Below, piece after piece: positions 12,573-23,693 of a DNA stretch of 64,000 nucleotides. Below the pieces are notes generated by a model, which saw only the letters and a list, made by a program, of their open reading frames with translations, had not been told where the DNA came from and searched no databases. The DNA is from Neoconidiobolus thromboides FSU 785 (Eukaryota > Fungi > Entomophthoromycota): the NCBI GenBank assembly GCA_025603075.1, contig MU626362.1, positions 11,508 to 75,507 of the forward strand, in the 5' to 3' direction. The position numbers were made by a program, and so were the translations under genes. The number at the start of each line of letters is the position of its first letter. Position 1 is the stretch's first letter.

Positions 12573-12769
12573 TTTTGGTACTTACGCCTTTACTTTATAT
12601 AAATAATCCCAATAAAGCAGTAGCTTTGATTGATAATCAAAAGGCTAATATCAATAATTTATTAAATCCATATCTAGTGTATAAAATACAAGTAAAGAGT
12701 AAAAAAGATGGCTTTTACTAAAATTTGAACCATTTAGAATACAAGACAAGATTTTCTGTTAAGTTTCAA

Positions 12770-14225
12770 ATATATAAGTTCAAGGAAGCATAGTCAACAG
12801 CATCATTAAAAATAAAAGTACTTTTTGCCAAATAGTGCTCTTCTTTAACTCCTTGATATTTTGATTGACTGGTAGCTCAACACAGCGTTTCCCAACTAAT
12901 TCCTTAAAATCCCTTGATGGAGTGTTAAATAGATTAAAGGTAAAACGTCCATTACAAAAACATAAATTAATGTCATGATGGAATGTATGGCTGCTACACT
13001 GAGTGAAAATTTCGTGACTAAGGCATAAAAGCTACTAAAGGTAATTTTTAGAGGCAAACTAAGGTTATACAAGAAAAGGCGTCACCTAATTAATACCCTA
13101 TACTGTAAACATCAATCCTAGTACCTATTAGTTCAGGAATTAGAAGTAAAGAAACAGATGAAGTTAATGTAATTTGGTCAATAGCAAGGGATAAAGAAAA
13201 AAGAATTAATCCAACATGAATAAAAACTGCACTTCAAGGTAATAAGCCCACTGAGATTATACCAAATGTAGCTGAAGCAATAACAAAAAAGTCAATGAAG
13301 TTTTCATTTAAAAGTGAAACTAAAGTTGACAATACTATATATATATCGAAGTTCCAAGTAATAGCTATATTTATAGAGTATATTCTATTTATCTTAGCTA
13401 AAAACTCGTCAACAGATGCAAGGAATGCCGTATATATCTCACCTAAGAAGAAAACTGTAAAGGGTATAATCCAAAATCCAGTTGGTAAATATAACAGATT
13501 CTTGATAGAAAAGCTGTTTTTTTTTGCTTTTTCGATAATATGCTTACCACTAGTACGATCCAATATAAAAGCAGAAATCAAAGTACCAAGCACAAAATAC
13601 TATAAATACCAATTGAAGGCCAAAGAACATAGTTATGAAATCTAGGTTTAATCATCATAGAGATTATAGCTGCTTGAATTGACAGAATAGACGTATAATA
13701 TAGACAAGTTTTCAACCTAATGATAGTAGTAATAATAAATGTGGAAAACCATTTTCCTAAAGCAACCTCTTGTGTAACTACAATAATTCCATATCTTAAA
13801 CCAAGAACAATTTGTCCAGTAATAAACAAAGGAAAAGATTCAACATGAGCAGAAATATCAGTAATAATACTTGCAATAAGAACTATAGAAGAGCTAATCA
13901 CTGAGCCAGGAGCTGTAAAGCACTTGTATAAACTCCAACTAACAATTACATGATCAAGTTAATCAATAAACTACAGATCCACGGTTTCATATTGACTCCC
14001 AATTGACCCTTAATTTTCCTTAAAGCGTCCTTCTGAATATTTTAGCAAATATGTTGGAAAATAGAATCCAGCTGAAAACAAAACAGTACAGAATAAAGCT
14101 AATACTTTCTAGACCCATCTTTCATTAGGACTTTCCTTTAACTTGCTTGATTCAGCATTGGTAATTAGTTTAGTATAACTCCTAGATCTTTTCTCTTCAA
14201 TTTCACTTAATACAATGCTAACCAT
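12770..14225 (-). pseudogene. MFS transporter pseudogene (MFSD1-like)
   Basis: From ATG 14225: ...ERWV*KVLALFCTVLFSAGFYF...FKEN*G with stops at 14111 and 14012. Hydrophobic fragments follow in shifted frames (ORFs 13578..13901, 13234..13593) with GQIVLGL-YG...QEVALGKWF. 3' end approximate. Confidence 0.7.
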
Positions 14226-14366
14226 AGTAGGTTTAATCTACTTCCTTTTATATCTAGTAAACGCATATATTATGTCTATTGTACTTTATTCATAATCAAA
14301 AAAATGATTTTTTAGAAAATGATTTTGCTTTATTATATGAATTAGATATGATTAATTATAGTAACT

Positions 14367-14464
14367 GGAGATGTATTTTTGTGGTTAAGAATTTTGCCAA
14401 CAAATTTTCTGCTTAAATAGCGCTTAAAAAATGGAAAAAACAATGAAGTCAAAAAAACACTCCC
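14367..14464 (+). mobile_element. MITE copy 4
   Basis: AACT|GGAGATG...ACACTCCC|AACT; 4-bp TSD AACT. Confidence 0.9.
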
Positions 14465-15480
14465 AACTGTTTTATGTAGAAAATTTACCAAAATATAGAT
14501 GTTGAATATTTAACAAATATCACTATTATGGCTATAGAAGAGGAAGCTTCATATTCGATTAGAGAACTATACTTTCTTTATAATAGATTTGATAATTTAA
14601 CATCATCAATTATATCACATTTAATTTATTATACTATTACATCAAATAGTACATAACCATAAAATAACTAGATGTTAAAATTTTGTATGATTTGACTATA
14701 AACTGATTGCTTTGGCTTTGAAAATAAACTTACTAGTAATGGAGAATGACATCATATATTTTGTTTAGGATTTTATGATAATATATATTACAATCACCTG
14801 CATATAACAACGACACATATTTATATGACTATAGTATTTAAGTATAATGAGCAGTAGCTATTAAAGTTTAGAAATACTACTAATCTATTACATCAGCTTT
14901 TCATTAAACTTATAATAAAATCATTATTAAAACCAATAAAACACTATATACATTGATGCCTTTTTATTTTCTAAGTTTAATAAACGTAGAATATATTATC
15001 ATCTGTATACCTTCATATGATATAACCTGGCCTTGAGCTTTTGTTACTCACTATTTTTTATAACCATGTCTTTAAATAAAATAAGAATTTTATTCACATC
15101 TCATTTTGTTTTATTCAAGCTAATTATACATTCCATCTTTAAAATATTTTTTCTAGATTACTTATTCTTGTGAAAGGTATAGTTTATTGAGATTAGGAAG
15201 ATTTAAAGAGATAGGAGATATAGATATGTAGTGTGAGGACTTTAGCCTGAATCAGGGGGAGTGGTGGTCTTCAAAATCATTTTTCTAACTTTTAAAGTAA
15301 TGATTTTTATTGAGCAGCAGTAGATAAATAAATAGTCATCACATAAAGGACTTATTACAATTAAATTGAAAAACGCTTAGTTTAAAGTATAACATTTTTA
15401 TGCTTAGAGACTGGAAGTTTGTTTTTTGTTTATCAAAAAAAATAGAAAATCAATTTAATCTAATAACTATAGACATTTTA

Positions 15481-16662
15481 TTATTCTTTGGCCAAAGGTT
15501 GGAAGAAAGGAATACTATTAATAGCATCAGTGAATTTGGCTACTTGTTCTTCAGACTCTCTAACATCTTCTTCGTCTAATCCTTCTTCTTCAATCCATGA
15601 TTTTCTAATTGGTTTAAGCTTCTTAATTCTTTCTTTGGCAAATGGATTTACAGCTCTACCTTTATTAGCTTTTGCAACTTTAGCAATAATATCATCCATA
15701 GTTAGATTAGCAAAGGTAGATAAAATAGGATTAGTATAGGTAGAGGGCAAAGTGATACTTCTGCTATTCTTTCCACCCTTGTTAAATTGTCTTGGGTAAT
15801 CAGGATATGTATAACAGAAGAAATTAGATTCAGTATCAAGTGCATCTCCAGCAGTCAATAAGAAAGGCGACATTCTATCATCTTGGCTAACTCTTTGTCT
15901 ATATCTTTTACCTTCGTATTGATCTTCCTTTGGATGTTTCATTTGCCAGCGATACCATACTAAATCTATAAAAGTATGATGGAAGTAGAAAATAGGATCT
16001 AAAGGAGAGTACATAGTAGAAAAATCGGAAGGACGATCACCAATACTCATATGGGGATCACCATGAAATCTTTCTACTAAATGAGCAAAAAACGAAAATC
16101 TAGGATCATTAATAGCAACCAACATTTGTTCTGGTGAAGCAAATCGACTAATTGTGTTATCCTCTCCTTGACCATCATCAAATTTCCTTGTTAAGTAATG
16201 AGGGCTTGGGAAGTCGAAGTAGGTATTATTAAATGGCCCATCAGTTAAACGATATTCTTCGTCAGGGTTTCCATTTTTTCCAAGGAAATCAAATATTTCA
16301 CTTTTTTCTGGATTGTTAGCATCATAAGTCCAATCCCAATAAGCTAAATGTACTCCTGGGTCAATACGTTGTAATTCCATTTCAAAATATCTTAAAAAGA
16401 TACGATGCCATGGATAAAATGCTGGTTTACCATGAGCAAATTTATTTGCCCTTTGATGAATACGTGCAAATTTTTCAAATCGACTTAATTTATCATTACT
16501 AAATGGATCAGGTTCCATTAGTTTACGCATTGCATTTATTAATCTATTGCGCTCATCATCACTTAATTCACGTATTTCCTTACGTAAATATGGGCTTTCG
16601 CAGCGTCCAGCAGCTATCCCACTTATTAAAAGTCCACTTAAAACCCAGTTTATTAATTTCAT
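15481..16662 (-). CDS. Secreted tyrosinase / type-3 di-copper protein
   Basis: Signal-peptide-like N-terminus; RKEIRELS; CuA H-x7-H-x8-H (IHQRANKFAHGKPAFYPWHR); CuB FHGDPH...DPIFYFHHTFID; single exon. Confidence 0.9.
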   Translation of the reverse strand: MKLINWVLSGLLISGIAAGRCESPYLRKEIRELSDDERNRLINAMRKLMEPDPFSNDKLSRFEKFARIHQRANKFAHGKPAFYPWHRIFLRYFEMELQRIDPGVHLAYWDWTYDANNPEKSEIFDFLGKNGNPDEEYRLTDGPFNNTYFDFPSPHYLTRKFDDGQGEDNTISRFASPEQMLVAINDPRFSFFAHLVERFHGDPHMSIGDRPSDFSTMYSPLDPIFYFHHTFIDLVWYRWQMKHPKEDQYEGKRYRQRVSQDDRMSPFLLTAGDALDTESNFFCYTYPDYPRQFNKGGKNSRSITLPSTYTNPILSTFANLTMDDIIAKVAKANKGRAVNPFAKERIKKLKPIRKSWIEEEGLDEEDVRESEEQVAKFTDAINSIPFFQPLAKE

Positions 16663-17039
16663 TAGCCTTTTTTTTAAGTACCAGCTTTTATTGATTAATT
16701 TATTAATTTCAAATTAATAAATAAATAAGCAAAAAATAATGTTAAAAGACCGATGTTCTAGTATTTATAATAATAATAACAGAAACTTACTTATTTATAA
16801 TAGTAGTCAATCTTAACTATCGTTTTGTTTATCCTTTTCTTTTTATATTCGATTTTAATTTTAGTTTGATTTTTTGGCTTATCTTTTTTCTAGTAAATCA
16901 AATTAAATCTGCCTCAAATCTTTAATTTTTGGTACCCAATGCAACAATTAGAAAATTGGACCAGCCATGTTGAAAAATCCCTCATTTTTTTAATAACAAT
17001 AAAATCCCTCACTTTTTAATTCAGACATTTGTTTAATAT

Positions 17040-17134
17040 GGGGATGTTTTTTCTAGCTTCATTATTTTTTCTGTTTTTTAAGTGCTATTTGAGTGGAAAG
17101 ATAGTAAAATTCTTAAACCAAAAAATACATCCAC
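17040..17134 (-). mobile_element. MITE copy 5
   Basis: ATAT|GGGGATG...ACATCCAC|ATAT. Confidence 0.88.
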
Positions 17135-17406
17135 ATATCATTTTGTATTTTATTCTAACTTTATTTGATAGCACATTCATGCTATCTTTCATTTTCCATT
17201 ATTTTATAATTGGTTTTAAGCTTAAAAATTCTACTATTAGCACAATATTAAGTTTTATATATAAAAGTAAACATAAAATGAAATCATATGGAAATAACAA
17301 CAGTACTATTAACAATAGTAAATAAACAACAATAATTTGCTAAAATTAATTTTTAATTTTTTGAATTTTTGAATTGCGTCAATTTTAAGATAGTCAAATA
17401 CCATTT

Positions 17407-17504
17407 GGGAGTGTTTTTTTAACTTCATTATTTTTTCCATTTTTTAAGTGCTATTTAAGCGGAAAGTTTGTTAGTAAAATTCTTAAATACAAAAATACAT
17501 CCTC
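17407..17504 (-). mobile_element. MITE copy 6
   Basis: ATTT|GGGAGTG...ACATCCTC|ATTT; TSD ATTT. Confidence 0.9.
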
Positions 17505-17564
17505 ATTTATTTATTTAAAAGGTTTGTATAATTAAACGCCAAATATTTAATTAAAATAACAAGT

Positions 17565-17660
17565 GAGGATGCGCTTTTTTATTTAAGAATTTACTACAAC
17601 CTTTTCACTCAAATAGCGCTTAAAAAATGGAAAAATAATGAAACTAAAAAAAACAGCCCC
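17565..17660 (+). mobile_element. MITE copy 7
   Basis: AAGT|GAGGATG...ACAGCCCC|AAGT; TSD AAGT. Confidence 0.9.
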
Positions 17661-18291
17661 AAGTAGAATCAATTGTGGTTAGATGTTTTTGCTTTTTTAA
17701 TTTGTTGCTAATTTCTTTCATATCGAATTTTTAATAAGCTATTATATATGATTTATAAACTCAGTATAAAAGATATTGATAGAAAATTAAAAAAAGTAAA
17801 GCCATCTGACCACAACCAGCTTTTATATCAATTAATAATCATATTACTATTTTTTGTAAATAAAATACTTTTTAAATATATTCTATTATCATATTAACTA
17901 ATATTTGATATTATTATTATTTATAGTCTTTAGATTAAAAAATTATGTTACGATAGCTTAATATTGAAAAGTATTTAAAATAAGAAATTAAATTAATTAA
18001 ATCATCTTAAAACCTAAACAATAAAGTAGCTTACCCATCTTTCCATAGTTCATCAATAAGTAATGATAATTATTTTAAAACCAGTAACTTTGAGTATATA
18101 AAATCATTAATGATTATAATGAGAATCAATATTTATTATAGTTCAATTATAGCAACTATTTACAAAGAATTATTTTATAAATCAAGTATAAAAGATTTAT
18201 ATTATAGAATTTATAAATTTTAATCTCTATAAAAGTATAAAAATATAAAAATATAAGTTTATATGACTTAAACCAATTATCTAAAAGAAAT

Positions 18292-18388
18292 GGGGATGCT
18301 TTTTTTGGCTTCATCACCTTTCCCATTTGTAGACGCTATTTGAGCAGAAAGATTGTAGTAAAATTCTTAAATAAAAAAGTATATCCCC
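18292..18388 (-). mobile_element. MITE copy 8
   Basis: AAAT|GGGGATG...ATATCCCC|ATAT (TSD one mismatch). Confidence 0.85.
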
Positions 18389-18560
18389 ATATTCTATTTC
18401 AAATAATAATAAATATCAACACTTCTAGTATTTGAAGTCAATGTCTCAAATGTCAGAATTATAATTGATAGTTTAATAATTAAAAAATATAGCCTTCCAA
18501 TTACTGCAAAAAATCAAAATGAAGTGTTTTTATACTCTAGATGTACAATTAGTATAATAT

Positions 18561-18659
18561 GAGAGTGTTTTTTTTGACTTCATTACTTTTTCCATTTTTT
18601 AAGCGCTATTTGAGTGGAAAAGCTATTAATGAAATTCTTAAACACAAAAATACATCCCC
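18561..18659 (-). mobile_element. MITE copy 9
   Basis: ATAT|GAGAGTG...ACATCCCC|ATAT. Confidence 0.9.
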
Positions 18660-18691
18660 ATATAGTACTGCCAGCTTTTTTGACATCAAGT

Positions 18692-18788
18692 GAGGATGTA
18701 TTTTTGTGTTTAAGAATTTTACTAATAATCTTTCCGCTTAAATAGCGCTTAAAAAATGGAAAAAATAATGAAGTTAAAAAAACACTAC
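18692..18788 (+). mobile_element. MITE copy 10
   Basis: AAGT|GAGGATG...ACACTAC|AAAT (TSD one mismatch). Confidence 0.85.
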
Positions 18789-18916
18789 AAATATTGTCTA
18801 ATAATAATAATTCTAAAAATAGTATATGGATTTCAAGAACTATTTTAATTTAACTATACTTTTTATTGATAAGGTTGTTTTTTTTTAATAAATTCAAAAT
18901 ATTATAATTAATATAT

Positions 18917-19015
18917 GGGGATGTATTTTTGTGTTTAAGAATTTTACTAACAAATTTTCCGCTTGAATAGCGCTTAAAAGGTGGAAAAAGTAATGAAATC
19001 AAAAAAATCATCCCC
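18917..19015 (+). mobile_element. MITE copy 11 (near consensus)
   Basis: ATAT|GGGGATG...TCATCCCC|ATAT. Confidence 0.93.
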
Positions 19016-20914
19016 ATATTATTTCTTCTTTTTTCTTTACATTAAATAACACTTTTAATTAAAAATATTTACTTTTATATCGTAAGTTTATAATACAATT
19101 AGAATTTAATTAGCTTCATAGAACATACAATACACTTTTAATTATTATCTTCAAACATCTTAAACATTAAAAGATCTAGAAACGTATTGACATAATAGAT
19201 TATATCTATTTTATACAATGACATATTAGTTTACCATTATGGTTTTTATAATAATGGTTTTTGGTTCTTTTGGTCTAGTTCATACTAAGCAGTGATTTGC
19301 ACCATAACTGCTTGATTTTAAAAAGAAATAATCTTTAAAGTGCGCTCTTTAGTATTTTTTCCTTTTGCTGCTATTACTTTATATAAAAGAGATCTAATTA
19401 TTTTATTAATTTACTTTGAAGTAAGAAAGCTAAAAATAAAAAACTTTTGGTGATCGGAGTATAATAGTATTAAATCATTTAGAATTAATACTATTCAATT
19501 TGTTTTTTCTAAATTATATATTATTCGCATTAAAATAAACATATAAATTAAAAATAACAGACCTATAATATAACAATAATCAAAAGTTGTCTATACTAAT
19601 TTTAGTTAAATATTTTATTTTATTTTACTTTGATTCCATTTAATTAATAATTGATAATTAATAATTAAATTAATATTAATATTCAATAGCTTATTTCTTT
19701 GTTTTTATATTAAATTTAAAATCTAAACCCAACATTAAATTTGAGACCCAAAAGAAATAGATTTGCTTTGATGCAAGTTCCTACTATCAAGTAATAATTA
19801 AAAAATAATATATCAGCTACAAGCACCACACAATGCGACTTATTCAATTCTGGAATAAGAGGGGAACATGGTAAAAAAAATAAGGAAAATAAAGGTGCAA
19901 TTAAAGTAATAAACTAGCTATATTATAGAGTACAATACAAAAATTATATCAAAAACATCACTTTGTTAATAACAAACTTAAGTTTCTTTTTATTAAAATC
20001 AAATCATAATATTAATTCAAATGGACTTTTGGGGAGGACAATTTAACCTTTTAATTCGATTATGAATGTTCTTGTTTAATTAGAAATTGACCATGAAGTC
20101 ATTTTGTTTTAATTTGAATATTAAACTATTGAAACTATGTAAATTTTAACTATTAGTAAGTTAACCTACTGTTTATATTTATATACATATTATAAATAAT
20201 GGGGTTAATTTGAAAGTATGGGGGAAACCAAGAGAAACAATGAGTAATTAAGTCCAGTTACAAACTGAGATTTTCAAATATGTAGGAAAAACTGACTTAA
20301 CTGACAATTGCCCCTTAATTAACTTTACCCATGTAAAGTAAAATTCAAGCGTGGTAACTTCACTCAACCCCAAAATTTTAATACTAAAGTCATTCTTTTG
20401 CCATATGTTATTCATTTTTTATCCAAATTTGTGCTGCTAAATATTATTTCCTAGCCAAAATTTTCAACTATTTACTTTGTTTTTTTAGGGAACAATAACT
20501 TGCCCAATAATAGTGGTTAAAGTAGAGCCCTTATTCACTTTCATTGGTTTATGCCATGATCTATGAAAAGAATAGGTCATTCCACCCTCAATCATTGGTA
20601 GGACACTATCATGAGCTTAATAGAGATGATTTTAATTAAGTTGAGTTACCCACCTCAATAACTTCCCCTTAATTAACTACATGATATATACAATATAAAA
20701 TAATTTTGAATTGAAATTTACCTTTGTTCGTTTCTTTCTCTTAATTTTTACTTTTAAGACATCTTAATCAATTATCGTTTTTAACTTCTATTATTAAGTT
20801 ATAGTATTAATAGTCAAAGCTTTATCAGCAACAATAATAATAATTGATTAATTGTCCATAAATTACGCTTACCCTTTTAGAATTATTTAAATAAAATATA
20901 TAATATAATATAAT

Positions 20915-21754
20915 ATGAAATTAAACATTTCCAATATACAATCAATTCAGCCATGTGCTCATAATATGGAATGTAAACAAGCAGGTTGTAATTCCTGTCG
21001 AAACTTTAGTAATGTGGAAGATAACTTATTAAAAATGGATTCTTTATATGGTGCCAGTTTTACTCCATGGTTAAAAAATGAAGAAAATGTCATGGTTACA
21101 GCTACTTATTTACAACGAGTGTGTAATGAATATTGTTTTCCAAGGATTGTTACAGCTATACGCTGGTTAGAAAAAGGGTGGAAACCAGATTCTACCGCTT
21201 GGTTAATTAAACATATTACTCAACATTGGGGTACAGGCAACCGATGCTCAACAGAAAAAATTGATATAGCTAGAGCTATATTTATACAATGTCTCATGGA
21301 ACAGTGGACAAAACAAAAGAAGGGAGAATTTGTACCAATATTTTTAGATCTAACTTATCCAAATTCAAATCCACGTCGACTAGTATTTTTAAAAACATTA
21401 TTTGATAAAATGGATTTTGAAGAATTAACCGAATTATTTTCCATTATGGGTTCAGGGTTAGATTACAGTACTAAAGTAGTTATTCTTCAAATGGCCGCTG
21501 GTAGAAATAATAAACTTAAAGCTAAACGTCAAGTAGAAACCCATACTACAGAAGAATCACCAAAGAAGACAAAATGTTATGAATCTATACCATCTAATAA
21601 CTCATTAGGTTTAGTCATGACATCTGAAGAAAACCATCATATGAATGAGTCTTTAGAAGATATATTTGAAAATGTTAATACCACTAGTATAAATAATATT
21701 TCACTAATAGATAATACAACCAACTCTAGTATTTATAATAAAACCCTGAATTGA
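20915..21754 (+). CDS. Uncharacterised 279-aa protein
   Basis: Long single ORF in AT-rich DNA; N-terminal H-x2-E-C-x4-C-x2-C cluster, Trp-spaced helical core, low-complexity N/S/T tail. Confidence 0.75.
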   Translation: MKLNISNIQSIQPCAHNMECKQAGCNSCRNFSNVEDNLLKMDSLYGASFTPWLKNEENVMVTATYLQRVCNEYCFPRIVTAIRWLEKGWKPDSTAWLIKHITQHWGTGNRCSTEKIDIARAIFIQCLMEQWTKQKKGEFVPIFLDLTYPNSNPRRLVFLKTLFDKMDFEELTELFSIMGSGLDYSTKVVILQMAAGRNNKLKAKRQVETHTTEESPKKTKCYESIPSNNSLGLVMTSEENHHMNESLEDIFENVNTTSINNISLIDNTTNSSIYNKTLN

Positions 21755-23693
21755 TTCCTCTCGCTTTCTCTCTCCTTTGTTGAGTTAATTTCTTTTCTAA
21801 TTGTAATTTAATAGTGATTTAGTCTAATTGAATATTATACATTAATCGTAGTATGACATGAAAGGAGTCCAATTTCGATTATAGATGTAATAAAGTTTAT
21901 TATTTTTTAAAAGTATTATTACTATTAATTTTACCATTGTTAATTTTATTATTTTATTTTTTATCAAGTATAATTCAAATTCACCCTTTTAGTTATTACA
22001 TCTTGCTTCTTTTTAAATTAAAGCCATATAAAAAAACCCGCTGTGTTTTTCTAAGCAGAAAATTTAAAAATGCGCAATTTGATTTGGTTTTAGAAGTGTA
22101 TGGGTTATAAAAAGGCCAATTTTTAATATTAAAATTTTAAAAAGCCTAGATTTATTTAAAAATAAAAGTTAAAAATAGCATTAAGGGGAGAAACTTAAAG
22201 CCATAAAACTTAGTATACCCATTTATAAGGTAATTAAAATGACAAACTATGAAATCTATTATTAAAACATATTAAATTTTATTATTGCATATTTAATATT
22301 AAAAAATAAAGTATGCTTTTTTTATCTTTGAAAATCTATAAATAATTGTTATATAAAATAAACTGATTTTTTGATTGCAAGATAAAATTTTCATTTTTCT
22401 TTCTCCTTTCATTTTCTCCTTTTTTCTTTTGAGATTATTTAATACTCCTGCTTAACATTAATAAATTTATTCACACCATGCTTTCCATTATTACTTTATC
22501 TTTATATGTAACTTGTGTTATATTTACTATTCAATTCTATCATTCTCATACTATCCGATTATTACTTTCAAACTTATTGTTTGAATTTCTAAACAATTCA
22601 TAAAAAGGCGTTTTTACAGAGGATCTGATTTCTATCTTAAAAAGTTTACAAACCTTAATATTTTATTTTTTCTATCAATTGAAATACTTAAAATTTTATA
22701 CATACATTAATTGAAACATTTATATTAAAAAATACGTATAATGCGTAACTCGTTTAGTAGTGTGCTCAATATATAATGAGGGGAATATTTTACAATATGG
22801 TGTATAAAGCAACTTGTATAATTTATACTACAGCTATATTATTAGCTGTCAATAAATTTATAATAAAATATGATAAGTTGAATGACAGTATTAAATTTAG
22901 CAGTATAGTTATAGAATAGTATTTTACAAAATCAACAAAATATATTTGAGTATGTATTTATTTTCAGTAAATTACAAACTTTTTAAACTTTGTTCTACAA
23001 AAAATGGTTAAAAAACATACTATCTTTTAAAATCTCAAATCAAGGCAAAACTCCTAAGTGTCTTACCATTAAAAGTTTGAAAATTTAAAGATAAGCTAAG
23101 CACTAGATAGATCAAAGTAAATATAATGTGATATAATAACAAAAAGACTAAAAAAGGGGAGAAAACACTTGATCCAAGATATCATTTTACTTTCAAATTC
23201 CACAATGACTCGAAACGAATTCGTAAAACAAACTTAAATAAGAATGACGTCCATGTTTGGGGTATAACTAAAAAAAGGGACCTTTGTTGTATTAATGTAT
23301 TTAAGGGCTCATCACAGAATTGAACTCTGAAGCTCTTTCACCCAAAATGACAATCACATCACTAGATCACATCACTAGATCACTAAGGCATTCATCAAGA
23401 TCAAGTTAATAGTTTATACTGTTTTCATAAATGTCTAGTATTTTAAACATAGAAAATTAACAATGATTTAGAGAAACCGTACAATCCCCGTTCAAGAGTA
23501 TCTTACCTGTTTTTCAATCTAATGTTTTATGCTAGTTAATATAATAAAAGGATCTTGATATTGCACTACCATTTCTTTTAAACTTGAAGCTTTTCAAACT
23601 AACACAATCTAGCTTATTTTAAACCATTAAAATTTGAATTAAGTTAAACTTCAACGTAATCAAAAAAGCATCCCTTTTTATAAAAAAAAACTT

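Noticed and set aside
17029-17325. ORF 17029..17325 and the C-terminal part of 8630..8986
   Set aside because: Both read through MITE sequence; not genuine coding
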